Assembly (NCBI RefSeq): GCF_036971445.1
Contig: NC_091475.1
Location: forward strand, 188,976,001-189,040,000
Direction: 5' to 3'
Origin: Narcine bancroftii
Lineage: Eukaryota
Length of the DNA: 64,000 nucleotides
The notes beneath the pieces were generated by a model. That model saw nothing but the letters and a program-made list of their open reading frames with translations. It was not told the DNA's origin and did not search any database. Each line of letters opens with the position of its first letter. The first letter of the stretch is position 1. This document shows positions 49,331-62,924 of the stretch, one piece after another. Both the position numbers and the translations under genes were made by a program.

Positions 49331-52300
49331 CTATTATCATTTAATTTCACTTTCTACTTTAAACCTGATGTCCACTTGTTCAGTTACAAGACTTCAGCTT
49401 GCTGGCTACATTTCTTACAAATGTCTTTCCATCTAAAAATACTCACTACAAGTGTATAATCTTTTCTAGTCTACTGGTTGTTCATCCTAAATTCTCCCTT
49501 TCCCATTCAATTTTATTATTCATCATATTTGTGTATGTTTAGAATCACACTTCCACTTGATGTTCTCATGATAGATTCCTAGACCTACTTTGGAATGCAA
49601 ACCACCCATATTAACTTGTTACAGTAATATTGTTCTCAAGGAAAGGGCGATACGATCACTATTGGAACTGACAACTGGGATATTCTGTATCTGTTTACAG
49701 TATATGTCACCAGTTTCAGTACAATTGTATGCATGAAAGAAGTGATAGACTATAAAGTGCAGAATCACACCAGCACACCATGGCCCACCAGTCCTAATTT
49801 ACAGACTTCAGTTGATCTTCACATGTAACACAACAAAATATAACCAGCAATACACAAAATAACTTTTGCACTATAATTTGCCAAGCATGTTCAAGATTGC
49901 TTATTGATAATACACAAGGCTCTACAATACCAGTTTTAGTAGGCTGAAACTGCAAAGAACATTACAAAAGCAATTTGCACAAATAAAAATATGGATTCAT
50001 AACCCTTGATTCGACTTCTGCTTTAATCTGAAGACCATGTTTATTTTCAACTTCAAATGTGCAATAACCTGAGGAACTGTCCATCTTGAGCTCACTTGTG
50101 GAATTTATAACAGTAAGCTTGATGTAATATAAAAAATAATGGCTCGTAAATCAGGAACTTCATTCCACCAAATTTTGTTGGTGGTTTTTGGGGTAATTAT
50201 CCTATCACACAATTCAGAGAAAGGAGAATAATCAAATATGAAAGTAATTCAAAATTAATCTGTAGACAATGAAATGGAGAAGACATGGAGAACTATAAAA
50301 TAAGCCAGTTAGTTATGTATATAATAAATTGATATAAATGTTAAAAGCCATGCTAATGTACTTCAACAACCTAAGGTACCAGAAGTTATTAAATTATTTA
50401 AGGGTGCAAGTAAGATAGAGAGGGAATTTGTAATGTCAATTTATGTAATAAAAACACAAAAATGGGGGATGTCACATGATGCCGTGAGGAGCACCACGCA
50501 ACCTCCCGACTCCCATGGAATTAACTGAAAAAAGTACATATTGAAAAAAGTTAATTCTACAAAAACTATTCTAAACTTAATCTAAAGTGATTAACAGAAG
50601 AAAAAAGATGATGTCGCAAGAAAAAGAAAAAGCTACAAAGGTAACACCAATGAAAAAATCAGATGAGAAGAGAAAAAAGAGAAGTCTTGTTGATGAAGCA
50701 GGCCACAGAAATTGGATCTGGATCCACTGGTGAGGACCCAGTTGAGGGACCTTCCTCCAGAGCTCGCTTTATGGCGCCCTGTAAAGATGGCTCCGGAGGA
50801 AAAGTTAAAACTACACTGCGCATGCACGAGAAGATGAGCATGCGTGTTGCAGAGGGAAAATAATTGTGAAAAAAAAAATCAAGTTTCTTAAAGGGCCACT
50901 CTGGCGTTTCCACTTCTAACCAGGAAGGTGACACTTCTCCAGTGAAAAAGGACCCAGAAAAGTATGGAAGTGAAGAAGAAATGTCAAGTTCAGAAAAATA
51001 AAAATTCAGAGACAAAAAAAGGATTTTTTAAAAAGAAATGAATAAGATTGAAACTAAAATAGATAAGCTTTCTGATGCATTAGAGAGTAATTTAAATTTT
51101 TTAACTGCTGAACTGAAGCAAGTCAGAACAGATATGACAAAATTGATAAATAATGTTTCACAAAGAGCGGATAAAGTGCAAGAGAAAAACCAAGATGTAC
51201 TTTAAGAAGTACAACATATTTAAAAAAGATCAAATATAAATGAAGATACAATGACCAGTCTGATCTCTATGAATGAAAAATTGCTTGAAAAAGTTGACAT
51301 TTTGGAAAATTACAGTAGAAGAAACAATCTTAAAATTCTGGGTATGTCCAAATGCTAAGAAGGTCAAGATTTGATCTGATTTTTTTTCAAGAATGGATAC
51401 CAAAAATATTTGGAGAAGAACATTTCGAAGATAAGATTTTAATTGAAAGGCTCATAGAACCTTGAGATCAAAGCCAGTCCTAACCAAAGACCTTGATCTA
51501 TCCTGTTAGATTTTTTAATTACCAGGAAAGAGAGAAGATTCTTGGTTTAGTGATGAGAAGAGCTAGAGAGCATGCACCTTTGAATTATGAAGGAGTTAAG
51601 ATATTTTTAAAATCCAGATCTGAGTCAAATTCTACTGAAGAAAAGATTTTAATCAAGTCAAGAAGCTTCTATATGATAAAGGTTATAGATTTGTTCTCCG
51701 TTATCCAGCTACTTTGATAATATTTCTACCGGATCAGCATAATATGTTTTTTTAACAAGCTGAAGAATGTGCGGAGAGTTTGTCTAAAATTTAAGTACAA
51801 ATGATGCTGATTTGTTGCAATGAATATGATGTATAAGAGAGGGGATGCTATTCCCCTTTTCTTCTTTTTTTCTTCTCCTTGATGGATGAAAAAATTTAAT
51901 TTTTGCGAAGAATTGTTGGTTGAATAGAAAAACTTTTTCTTCCCCACAGGGATATGGGGATGTGTTCGTTGATTTCTGGTGGCTGCATGTGTTTTAGTGG
52001 TTTGACCACGACCCGTAAAATGGAGGGTGGTAATGCAAGTAGCTCTAGCATTTTGAAGGGGATTTTTAAAATCTTTCTTTTTCTTTTTTTAATAATAATT
52101 ACTCATGACGTGCTTACTTTAAATAATTCTGATGTTTTTGGATTGTACATGTTGACATTCAGGACCAAATTAATTTGTGGGAATTCTTCCAGGATAGGAG
52201 TGTTGGAAAGCAACTTTCTAAAATTTACAGATAATGAAAATAAATAAAGTATGAGTTTTAATATTAATAGGATAAATGGATAAATAAAAAGAAATAAATA

Positions 52301-52981
52301 AACTTGTTTTATATTAAGAAATTGGGAGTAGAATATCACTTTTTTATAAGAGACTTATTTAATTGAAAAAGAACATTTGAAATTAAAAATAAATTGGGTA
52401 GATCAGGTAGTTTTTTTTTTCTGTTTAATTCTAAAACTAGAGGAGTGGTAATTTTATTTAAGAAAAATTTAGCAGTAAAAATTGAAAATGTAATTACAGA
52501 TCTGGTGGGTAGATATGCACAGTGTAATGGTAAATTTTCAAATATTTTCTGAGGAATGGACTTTGATAAATATATATGCACCAAATAAAGATGATCAGAA
52601 ATTTATATAAGACACATTTTTGAATTTAGCAGATGTTAATGATAATATTTTAGTAAGAGGAGATTTTAATTTTTGTTTGGATCCTTTTTTGGATAAATCA
52701 TCAAGAACAATAGTTAAATCAAAAGAAGCCAAAACGATATTATTTTTTATAAAGGATTTAAATTTAATTGATATATGGAGAAAGATACATCCTAAAGACA
52801 GGGACTATTCCTTTTATTCTAATGGATTTGATACATATTCTAAAATTGATTTTTTTTCCTCAAAATCAATTACAAGTTTGAATATCAATTATAAAACAAA
52901 AATATTATCTGATCATTCTCCATTGTTGATTGAATTGGAATTTGCTGAAAAACAACACAGTATATAGATGGAGATTAAATA

Positions 52982-53258
52982 CAGGTACACAATCCTTTAT
53001 CTGGAACCCTTGGGGGACAGTGTGTTCCAAATTTCGGATTTTTCCAGATTTTGGAAAGCCCACCCGAATTGTGCTGCCATATCCACCCCCACCCCCTTCC
53101 AGTTGCCAGGCCGTCTCCCCCAACCGTGGTCCCTCGGCCATCTGGCAGTCTTCCCAAACCGTCAGTTCCTCGGCCACCTCCCCCAACCGCCAGTCACCAC
53201 TTGCCGGATTTTGGACCTTCCTGGATTTTAGATGTCCGAATAAAGGATCGTTTACCTG
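52982..53258. mobile_element. Tigger-like MITE (same family as 44795, opposite orientation) inside L1 ORF2
   Basis: TIR caggtacacaatcctttatctgga ... taaaggatcgtttacctg, TA on both sides. Confidence 0.9.
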
Positions 53259-54272
53259 TATAATAGAATGCTATCACATAGAACAGAGAAAATTATATTA
53301 TGGTCTAAACAAATAGAAGAATGATCTCATAAAGTTTTAGCGTGGCAATTAAAAACAGAACAGACATAATGCAATAAAACAGAATAACAGTGAAGTGACA
53401 TTTAAACCACCCAAAATAAATGAAACATTGAGGTAATTTTATGAAAAATTATATACATCCGAATGGTTACATGATAAAGCAGTTATAGATAAATATTTGT
53501 CACAAATGGTATTACCAAGATTAACTGCAGTACGTAAAGATGATTTAGTTAGCCTTTTTACTGAACAAGAGGTCTACGATGCACTTAATTGTCTACAAAA
53601 TAATAAATCTCCAGGAGAGGATGGGTTTCCATTTGAATTTTACAAAGAATTTAAAGATTTATTGATTCTTCTATTTATGAAGGTAATAGAACAAGCTTTT
53701 AAATTACATTCTTCCAGAAACTTTTTCAACGGTGATAATTACAGTTATTCCTAAAAAAGATAGAGTTCCATTAAAAATAGCTTCATATAGACCTATATCA
53801 TTATTAAATGTTGACTATAAAATTATAGCAAAAGTATTGGTGAATAGGATTAATGATTGCCTTCCTTAATTAATAAATATGGATCAGACAGGTTTTGATA
53901 AAAATAGACAAACTTCGGAGAATACAGTAAGGTTATAAGTATAATTCACTTCGCATGGAAGAAAAGAAGTTTGAGTTTAATAGTGGCTTTAGATGCAGAA
54001 AAGGCTTTTGGTAGGTTAGAATGGGATTTTTAATTTAAAGTTTTGAGTAAATTTGGTGTTGGATTGAATTTTATAAATTGGATTAAATCCAAAATCCAAA
54101 GTAATAACAAACGGACAAATGTCTCAATCTTTTAACTTAAGTAGATCAAGTAGACAACGATACCCTCTATCTCTGTTATAGAACCACTTGCACAAAAGAT
54201 TCGTACTGATCAACAGTTGAAAGGATTTGTAATAAATCAGATTGAACATAAAAACAATTTATTTGCTGATGA

Positions 54273-54537
54273 TTCATAAGACAAAAGAACAGAAGGCGGC
54301 CACTATGCCCAACGAGTCTGTTCCATAAATCTACACTAAGCTACTCCGCACTAGTTCCAATTTTCGTCTTTTCCCCATATACCTTGATACCCTCACTAAT
54401 GAGATACTTGTCTATTTCATGTTTAAATACTCGCAGTGATCTGGCTTCCACAGCTGTATGCGGCACTGAGTTCCACAGATCCATGATCCTCTGGCTAAAG
54501 AGGTTCTTCTTAATCTCTGTTTTATGTGGACAACTCA
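54273..54537 (-). mobile_element. CR1 3' fragment inserted just after the L1 FADD motif
   Basis: TEIKKNLFSQRIMDLWNSVPHTAVEARSLRVFKHEIDKYL on the minus strand, plus a CR1 tail. Confidence 0.85.
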
Positions 54538-56171
54538 GCCACAATTATCATTACCTAGACTTTATAAGCATTTGTTAAAGTATGGAGAAGTTGCAGAATA
54601 TAAAATAAACTGGGATAAGAGTGAGGTAATGGAATTGATACAAGGAGATTTTTCACAATGTCGAAAAGAAGTTCAATTTAAGTTGACAGATAAATTTCAA
54701 TATTTAGGTATACGTTCTGATAATAATTAGAAAATTTTATATAAATCAAATTATATACCATTATTTAAGAAGATAGCTGAAGATTTTATAAAACTGGGTG
54801 AATTTGCCTATTACCTTAATTGGAGGAGTTAATTGTATTAAAATGAATATTTTTTCCAAGAATTCAATATTTATTTCAGACTTTACCTATTGCTATACCT
54901 CAACAAAAATTTCAGGATTTAAATAAACAAGTTAGGAAATTTCTTTGGAAAGGAAAAACGGCAAGAAAATCATTAGAAAATTTAACATGGAAATATGAAC
55001 TAGGAGGATTAAATCTTCGTAATTTTAAGAATTATTAAGGCAGCACAATTAAGATTTCTTGTTTCTTTGTTAAATAAAATTGGGGAAACTATATCTGAAG
55101 AGTTCATTAATAAATGGGAACCAAAATTAATAACAATGGATAGAGACTCTCCATTATTGAAGGATTTGCCTAATATTTGGAATAAAGTTAAATTAGAAAT
55201 TGATGGAATTTTTTATTGTTAAAAATGCCATTAATTAATCCTCTCTTAATTTTTTTCAAAAGATAATCCTTTTTTGAATATTTGGAATAACAAAGGAATT
55301 TCTAAATTGGGAGATTGTTATGATAATGATCAATTAAAAATTAAGTATGATATTCCTCATAACATGCTATTTTGTTATTTTCAATTAAGAGCCTATTATA
55401 TATTAAATTAATATCTTATATGATTTTTAAAAATCTTGCAGATTTAGAACAGATAATTGTTGATGGAATGACTAAAAAATTCATTTCAATAGCATATATG
55501 TTGTTACAAGAAAAAAAGGTTTGTTTAATTCAAAGGAAAGATGGGAATAAGATATAAACATAACAATAGATCAGCAGGTTTGGCAAGATTTATGTAAAGA
55601 AGTAATGTCCAAAACTATTAATGTAAGGTATAGATTACTCCATTATAAATTTTTACATCAATTGTATATTACACCTCAGAAGTTGAATAGATGGAGATCG
55701 GGTATCTTGGACCAATGTTTTAGTTGTGGAATGGAAGCTGGAACCTTTGTTTATTCTACATGGTCTTGTTCAAAGGTTAAACCTTTTTGGATTTTTGTTA
55801 GTACGTTTTTACAATGAATTATCGGTGTTGTTTCTTTCATTTAAATCCTGAATTGTTATTATTGGGAAAATTGGAGAATATATCTCCTAAATTATTTTTA
55901 TCAGATTTATAACTGAAATTTGTTAAATTAGTTTTGGTAATAGCAAGGAAATGTATTGCTGTTTCTTGGAAATCAGATTTTTCATTAACATTAGGAAGAT
56001 AGCATACAGAGATTCAAACTTGTATTCCATTAGAAAAATTACATATAATTTAAGGGATAAATATTCTGTATTTTTACAAGTTTTGACCCCGTACACTAGA
56101 ATAATGAGTTTTTTTTTAATTTCTTTGTTTTGAATTCTCTAAACCAGTGAAGTTTTCCCTAAATGAGTAAT

Positions 56172-56666
56172 CTTTCTTTTCTTTGGCTTGGCTTCGCGGA
56201 TGAAGATTTATGGAGGGGTATGTCCACGTCTGTTGCAGGCTCGTTGGTGACTGACAAGTCTGATGTGGGACAGGCAGTCACGGTTGCAGCGGTTGCAAGG
56301 GAAAATTGGTGGGTTGGGGTTGGGTGTTGGGTTTTTCCTCCTTTGTCTTTTGTCAGTGAGGTGGGCTCTGCGGTCTTCTTCAAAGGAGGTTGCTGCCTGC
56401 CGAACTGTGAGGCGCCAAGATGCACGGTTGGAGGCGATAACAGCCCACTGGCGGTGGTCAATGTGGCAGGCACCAAGAGATTTCTTTAAGCAGTCCTTGT
56501 ACCTCTTCTTTGGTGCACCTCTGTCTCGGTGGCCAGTGGAGAGCTCGCCATAGAACACGATCTTCGGAAGGCGATGGTCATCCATTCTGGAGACGTGACC
56601 CACCCAGCGCAGTTGGGTCTTCAGCAGCGTGGATTCGATGCTTGTGGATTCTGCCAGCTCGAGTAC
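56172..56666 (-). mobile_element. RTE-clade LINE 3' fragment, copy 3, in the L1 3' UTR
   Basis: Same protein tail as copies 1 and 2, more diverged; 9-bp TSD ATGAGTAAT (56163-71, 56667-75). Confidence 0.95.
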
Positions 56667-58261
56667 ATGAGTAATAGTCTTTGGGAAAATTTTCTTTTTG
56701 GGATCCTTGAGCAATCCAAATTAATATATAGTTATGTTATTATGTATTTTATATTTAGATTCTAATTATTGGGGTTAGTAAGGGCTTGGGGAGGGGGGGT
56801 TTTAAGGGTTTTTTTTTAGTTTTTGAAGTTTTTTTAGTAGTTTTTTTCTCTTCTTTACAATCAACATATATTTCCAAACACTGTAACATTGCAATTTGAT
56901 ACTAATTGCTATAATTATCATTTATGTGTTGATTTAAATTAAACGTTCAAAAAAAACCACAAAATTGCTGGAGAAAGTAACTCGACAATTCTTGAGTGTC
57001 CATAAGAGGTAAAGATATGCAAGCAATGTTTTGGGTCTTCTTCAAGATTTAAGCAAAAGCACAAGCCACCATTTTTCAAGGTGAGCAGAAATGCTGTGGT
57101 GAAGGCTGTAGTTGCAAAATTAAAGGAAGAATTTAAGATGCCCTGATGTTGTTCCAGATTCTATCACCCTGTCCAGTTTCATGGTCAGCCAAGATCCACA
57201 GGGCCTACCTAATCTTATATTGGTCTAAAACACATCCAAAGTTGGGACTGGCGATATCTGAAGACAATTGGACTAAGAACAACGAGACAAGGGACCAGAT
57301 TAGGCCATAGCCTTAAAGGCCTGACTGGATCTTGTACGGGAGATTCAGATACCAAAAAGCATTAGGCTCAATGTTCAAAAGCATCACATTTCCACACCAG
57401 TCAGCCCTGACCCACCAGACTGTTAGATGTTCCCCTCAGATTCTGCAGCCTTGATAGCCTGTGAGAATGAAAGTCAACTCTTCTCTTCCTCTGGACAATG
57501 TCTTCCAAATACAGCTGAGTGTGTGTTTTTAAGCCCTGTTTTCTTTCTCCACATGGAATGATGAGTGAAAGAGAAAATGTGTGAGTAGAACAAAAAAGAA
57601 AAGTACATCTCTCGCCTGCCTCAATCTCCTTTGTATGTTGGAAATTCAGTTCCTCTGACAGACTGAAGTATCTCTGCCACAAAAACAATCTCTGACAAGT
57701 TGAGTCACGATACTCAAGCAAAGGTATCGCGCTAATTCAGATTTGTTACAGTTTAGAATCACAAATGTATAGCACAGAAATGGCTCCTAACATCCCACCT
57801 CATTCATGCCAATTAGCTATCCATGCTAATTTAATTTGCCTGCACAAGGCCTGCCTGTATCCTTCTAGTTTCTAATCAAGTAAAGAGAGCAAGATAGTTG
57901 CAATTAATGTGCATCAGAAGAGTGATGGCAGTATAGTTTCAGGATTAGGTTTTTTTTAGAACAGTAAATATATTCAGGTTTACTTTTAACATTACTTGAT
58001 TGTATCACACCACAGTAAGTACAACCCAAAATTAAAGCAAATAAATTTGGTGCATTTAATGACTTGTTAAAATTTGTGCTCAATGCTATTTTATCAATCT
58101 ATAAATGTTCTAACTTGAAACTCCAAAGACCATAACTAAGTAATTTAATGATTTTTTGTTTTTAAATTTTTCAGGATCTGTGCATTAATTAATGGCAAGG
58201 AGGGATTTATCGGCCCATATTTTAGTGGTTATGTGGTATGAGCTGCCATTGGATTTGATAT

Positions 58262-58430
58262 CGACAGTTATAAATATTTAAAAGATGCTTAGACAGGTAC
58301 ATGGATATGAAAAGTCCAGTGGGATATAGGCCAAATACAGCCAAATGAGATTAACTCAGGTAAGCCACTTGGTCAGCATGAATAGTTGGGCCAAAGGAAC
58401 TGTTTGCCACTATGTAACTACTATGAGCCA
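58262..58430 (+). mobile_element. CR1/SINE 3' tail fragment
   Basis: atttaaaagatgcttagacaggtacatggat...ttggtcagcatgaatagttgggccaaagg; similar tails at ~20775-20865 and ~63325-63445. Confidence 0.65.
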
Positions 58431-59149
58431 GTTGTGAATCTTTAAAAAAAACTCTTCCTCAAAAACAGTTTGAGACAGAACCTCATGAGTTTAATACAGA
58501 GGCATATAGATTCCCTATTGGCAACAAGATGAATGGGCATTGAGCGTAGGTGGAAAAGCTGAGCCAAGATTACAATTAGATCTACCATGATCTCATTGAA
58601 TGGTGAAGCAGACTCCAAGGTGGTGCTACTTTGAACAACTGTGATCATTCAATTAAAGCTATTCCTACAGTGCATCTGTATAGGGACATCCTGGATTTAG
58701 ACCCCACATAATGAAAGACATTTCCATTCAGTATGGTATGCAATTTTGGAAATATCAGTCAAGCAGGAGGAACTGCACAGCCTTTTTTACTAGTCCTAAT
58801 CCATTTACTAGTATCTACTTTATGCCAAGAACATCATTCAAATTCGGTTCCATTCAAAGACACGGAATTAACCATGTTTTCATGTTGTCGATTCTAAGAT
58901 ACAACAAGAATCATTCTACTGTCTATCCAATGTATGGAGGAAATAGTCCAGTAACATGTGTCCGGAGAAAAAAATATACAAGAATATGGAATAATATTGG
59001 GTTGATTTTCACAGGTCTTGCTCGTGAGTATGATTAGTGTTCTTGACTTCAAGCAGAAGGAAAAGATCTTGAATATAAGCATGAAAAATGTCCATCTTTT
59101 TAACACTACCAATTGTGGTGTTCCCATGAATGGTCAAAATAAACTTTAT

Positions 59150-59330
59150 AGTGAAACACAAAAAACTGCATCCACTGTAAATGCTGGAGAAATTCAGCAG
59201 GTCTTGCACTCTCCATAAGAGCTAAAGATATATTACTGACATTTTAGGTCGGAGCCCTTCATCAAGGTTCCTCCAGCACTTCTGTGTTATTAAAACATAG
59301 TTTGCGTATGCAGAAAATGCCTTCGTTCCT
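59150..59330. mobile_element. Penelope-like pLTR fragment with short inverted arm
   Basis: aaatgctggagaaattcagcagg...ggagcccttcatcaagg followed by inverted ttcctccagcacttctgtg. Confidence 0.65.
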
Positions 59331-60113
59331 CTTATTTTATTTTCTAAATTCAAAGTGCAAAGGGTTTTTTTTTTAATCGGATATGTGAATGAAAATGAAA
59401 TTGCTTAATAGAAAAAAAATCCCCTGATGCTATAAACTTAATCAACAATTTAGCCTGAATTTAAAAATCCAAACTGCTGCCCACGTATACGTTAATATCA
59501 TTCTGTTATGTAATTTTTTTTTACCATAAATCAGATCTCCTGAAGTGGAGAGTAGCAGTGAGTCGGCAGTGATTTTTTTTTCCCTTAACTTCTTTGAGCG
59601 TACTAAAACCAAATCTACCCAGATCTTTTTAGTTGTTATGTCAAATAACCATTATTTTTTGCAGGAATCTAAATGGCTTGTGCTGCAGTGTGGCAATCCT
59701 TTTGGGAACATCAAAGTAAGCCAGACCTTCAACAATTCTCAAGTGTGCGAACTGCCACAGAAAGTACACAGATAGGCATCAGAAAGAGTCTTCACCTACA
59801 GCCTCTCCTCAAATCACTCTGATATCACTCCTTTATCACTACTGCATCACTCCCACATTTCCCACCCCTTAAAATGGAGGAAAATTGTAATATACCTGCT
59901 AAATAGAGATCAGCAAAAATCCTGAACTTTACTTCGACCATCTTAAAAAGCCTCTTTCTACTAGAGTTCAGATTTATTGTCAGAGCACAAAATTAATCTC
60001 TGTTTTCATGTTTAAAGATAATTAAAAGCAACTTTTGTTTAAGTAACCATTTGTCTTGGTGAATGTCTATTGCTGCTGGGTTTTGGGGTCCTCTGGGCTC
60101 GTAACATTACCTA

Positions 60114-60783
60114 CAGTAGAACTCCAATTATCCAAAATCGGATTCACCAAAATACTAATTTATCTGAAAAATTTTAATGTTTTGGATAAATGAGGATATC
60201 CGAAACAAATCAGAAATCCTCATTTATCTGAAAATTTTTCTGAGCCAAACTGACCTCACAGGTTGAAAAAATATTTCACTCGACATGAAATTAGAACGAC
60301 GATGTCCTCGTTTCAGGTAACTCATTCCCCTCTCTCTTTCCATTTCTTCTTTACCTTTCCCTATTGACTTTTCTTTCCCTCTCAAACTGTGTACCACTGT
60401 CTCCCAGCTGCAAGCAGTCGGAAGAATCCCTTGTCCCGGCGTCATCAAGGAGAGCAGCCTCCTGGCTTGACAGGGGACTTTGGGCTCCTGGAAGCAGCAG
60501 GGATGTCAAGGCTATTGGCAGCAGCGGGGACGTCGGGATCCTGACAGGAGCGGGGCCTCAGTGGAGAGGTGTCAGTGATCGGCAGCATCCAGCATTTTGT
60601 TGGTGAAAATTAAACATTTTAATGCTTAAAAGGCCTTCCCTTATTTTTTTGTTGTTTAAACACTTTTACAAATGATTTGCCGTTGCTATCGGGCTGTTAT
60701 TAAAAATTGGCCAGTTATCCAAAAATACAGTTTATCCAACATTTGCCCGGTCCAGATCATTTTGAATAATCGGAGTTGTTCTG
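60114..60783. mobile_element. Tigger-like MITE, 670 bp
   Basis: TIRs cagtagaactccaattatccaaaat / attttgaataatcggagttgttctg (21/25), TA on both sides, GC-rich degenerate tandem core at ~60440-60560. Confidence 0.85.
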
Positions 60784-61790
60784 TAATTATATATTTTGGT
60801 CATTCGATAAATTGCTTCCTTTCAAATCATTGTTCTATATATCCCAATATCAGGCATGAATTAAGTTAAACAGACTATAAAGGTGGGAAGTTGGGCGATA
60901 CACCAGGTCTCAAATAAAAATAGAAAATGTGTATAGACTCTGCAGTCAAGCAGTACCCATGGAAAGAGAAAAAGAACTGGCATGACAGGTCTAAGCCCTT
61001 GAAAAAAATGATTAGCCAGTCAAAACACTGGACCTGATTCTCTGAATACTAAAAAATTTTTTTTTTCAAAATATATACATCAGCATCATAATGAAGAGGG
61101 TAACAAGTTCCTCAGATGACTGACATAGAATCTTCTAACTGCATGGAGCATTCAGATATTATGCAAGTAAAGTGATCGCCTATGGACATTGCAGAATTTC
61201 AACAGAATTTACACGCTCGAGGCTCATTTTTTTATTACCATTTTATTTAAGTCGCTGTCAAAAGTGCTACATTAAATTCATGACTCATAAAAATGATCAT
61301 AGCTGATAAACGTGTGAATCGCCTCAAAGTTTGGTCCTTCTTCATTTTTTCAATTATTCTAAGTCCTGGTGCAAGGTCATGGCCTGCAACATTGGTCTTC
61401 TCATTGCCTCCAAAAATGCTGCTCGACTCACTGAGTTCTTCCAGCAGTTTTATCTTTTATTCAGATTTCAACAACTTTGCCATGCTTTCTATGTTTTTAT
61501 CAACTCCTTCATCAATTAATTCACTGATTTCACACTACTTCACCCCAATTATTTGCTAAAATCAGGCTGATGCAATTAGAGAACACTGCTGTGCAAGTAT
61601 ATCAATGTAGTTCCAATTTTTAACTGAGGCAAGATACCCCTTGTGTAAGATGGGTGGATTTGCTGGTACTAAAACATTTTTTTCACAGACACACATCTAA
61701 CTTGGCCATAAACTACATAAAAATGCTAAATTTGCATGAGAGAATTATCATCAAAATGTTCTGTTCAAGAATACAGGATTCCCATCAAAT

Positions 61791-61905
61791 AGTACTACCC
61801 AACAAAGCCATTTTCTCCGGTCCATGGTGCAAAACAGTGCAAAGCATTCATACAGACATCGCACACGTACAGACAAGTAATACATGTAGACACACTACAT
61901 GTGTA
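61791..61905 (+). repeat. 115-bp local duplicate of 62137-62251
   Basis: 112/115 identical to the Rex1 3' UTR segment 346 bp downstream. Confidence 0.95.
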
Positions 61906-62102
61906 TAACACCATAAGATAAGCATTACTGCCACCTGGGTATGATAATTCAACACCCATACCACAAAGCTAAAGTATCTGTTACTGTCATTTTGTTTTTT
62001 GCTCAATAAAATTTCATAACCCTTGCATTCTCAATCTACTTAAACATACAGATAAATAAATTCATGAGAAATGAGCACCGACTTCAATTTTAGTTTGCTT
62101 TA

Positions 62103-62840
62103 TCAAGTTAAAGTTTATTTGTTATCCGATTTATTCAGTACTACCCAACAAAGCCATTTTCTCCGGTCCATGGTGCAAAACAGTGCAAAGCATTCATACA
62201 GACATCGCACACATACAGACAAGTAATACATGTAGGCACACTACATATGTACATATATTAAAGAAATATGAAAAAATAGTAGAGTCATGGAGAGTTGGTT
62301 TAGCAGTCGTTCAGCATTCTCACTGCCTGTGGTTCTGGCTCTGATACTTCTGTGTCTTTTTCCCAACAGGAGTAGCTGGAAGATTCATTGTGTCGGGTAG
62401 AGGGGTCTTTCCTGTATTTGCAAGCCCTCTTTGAATAACAATACTGATAAATTCCAGCAATAGGGGCGAGGGTGACCCCAGTGATCCTCTCTGCCACTTT
62501 AATGGTCCTGCGATTGACCCCCAATCTGATGGTCTGCAGCACTGAACCACACTGTGAGGCACTTGGCCAGGATGCTCTCGATACAGTTCCTGTAGAAAGT
62601 TGACAGTAGCCTTGCCCATCTCAGCCTTCCAAGGAAGTGTAGCTGCTGTTAAGCCTTCCTGACAAGTGAAGGGATGTTATGTGTTCAGGATAAATTACTT
62701 GAATTGCTGTTCTTCACTCTCTACACTACCGAGCTATTAATGTGTAGTGGAGGGTAGTCGCCCTGGTCCTCCTGACATCTTGTCCACGTTGAGACTCAGG
62801 TTGTCATTCTCACACTATTTAACAAGATTTTCCACCTCTG
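62103..62840 (-). mobile_element. Rex1/Babar LINE 3' fragment
   Basis: RTIKVAERITGVTLAPIAGIY; minus-strand gagaatgacaacctgagtctcaacgtggacaagatg matches 3093-3128. Confidence 0.85.
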
Positions 62841-62924
62841 AGCAACAACAATCATTCTATTACAAGTTTTTGGGAAAATAAACCCATTTGTATATCAAAC
62901 TAATTATCTAAATAATGGGCAAAC

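Larger units (their letters stand above)
50465..56955 (+). mobile_element. Near full-length decayed L1-type LINE with three nested insertions
   Basis: 5' ggggatgtcacatgatg; ORF1 DILENYSRRNNLKILG; EN GDFNFCLDPFLDKS and SDHSPL; RT KSPGEDGFPFEFYK, YRPISLLNVDYKIIAK, LDAEKAF, LFADD; Cys-rich C-terminus; A tail; degenerate TSD aaaacacaaaaatg / aaaccacaaaattg (12/14). Confidence 0.95.

Noticed and set aside
50090-50205. Minus-strand exon-like segment (tag|GAT...CAA|gtgagc)
   Set aside because: All three frames contain stop codons.
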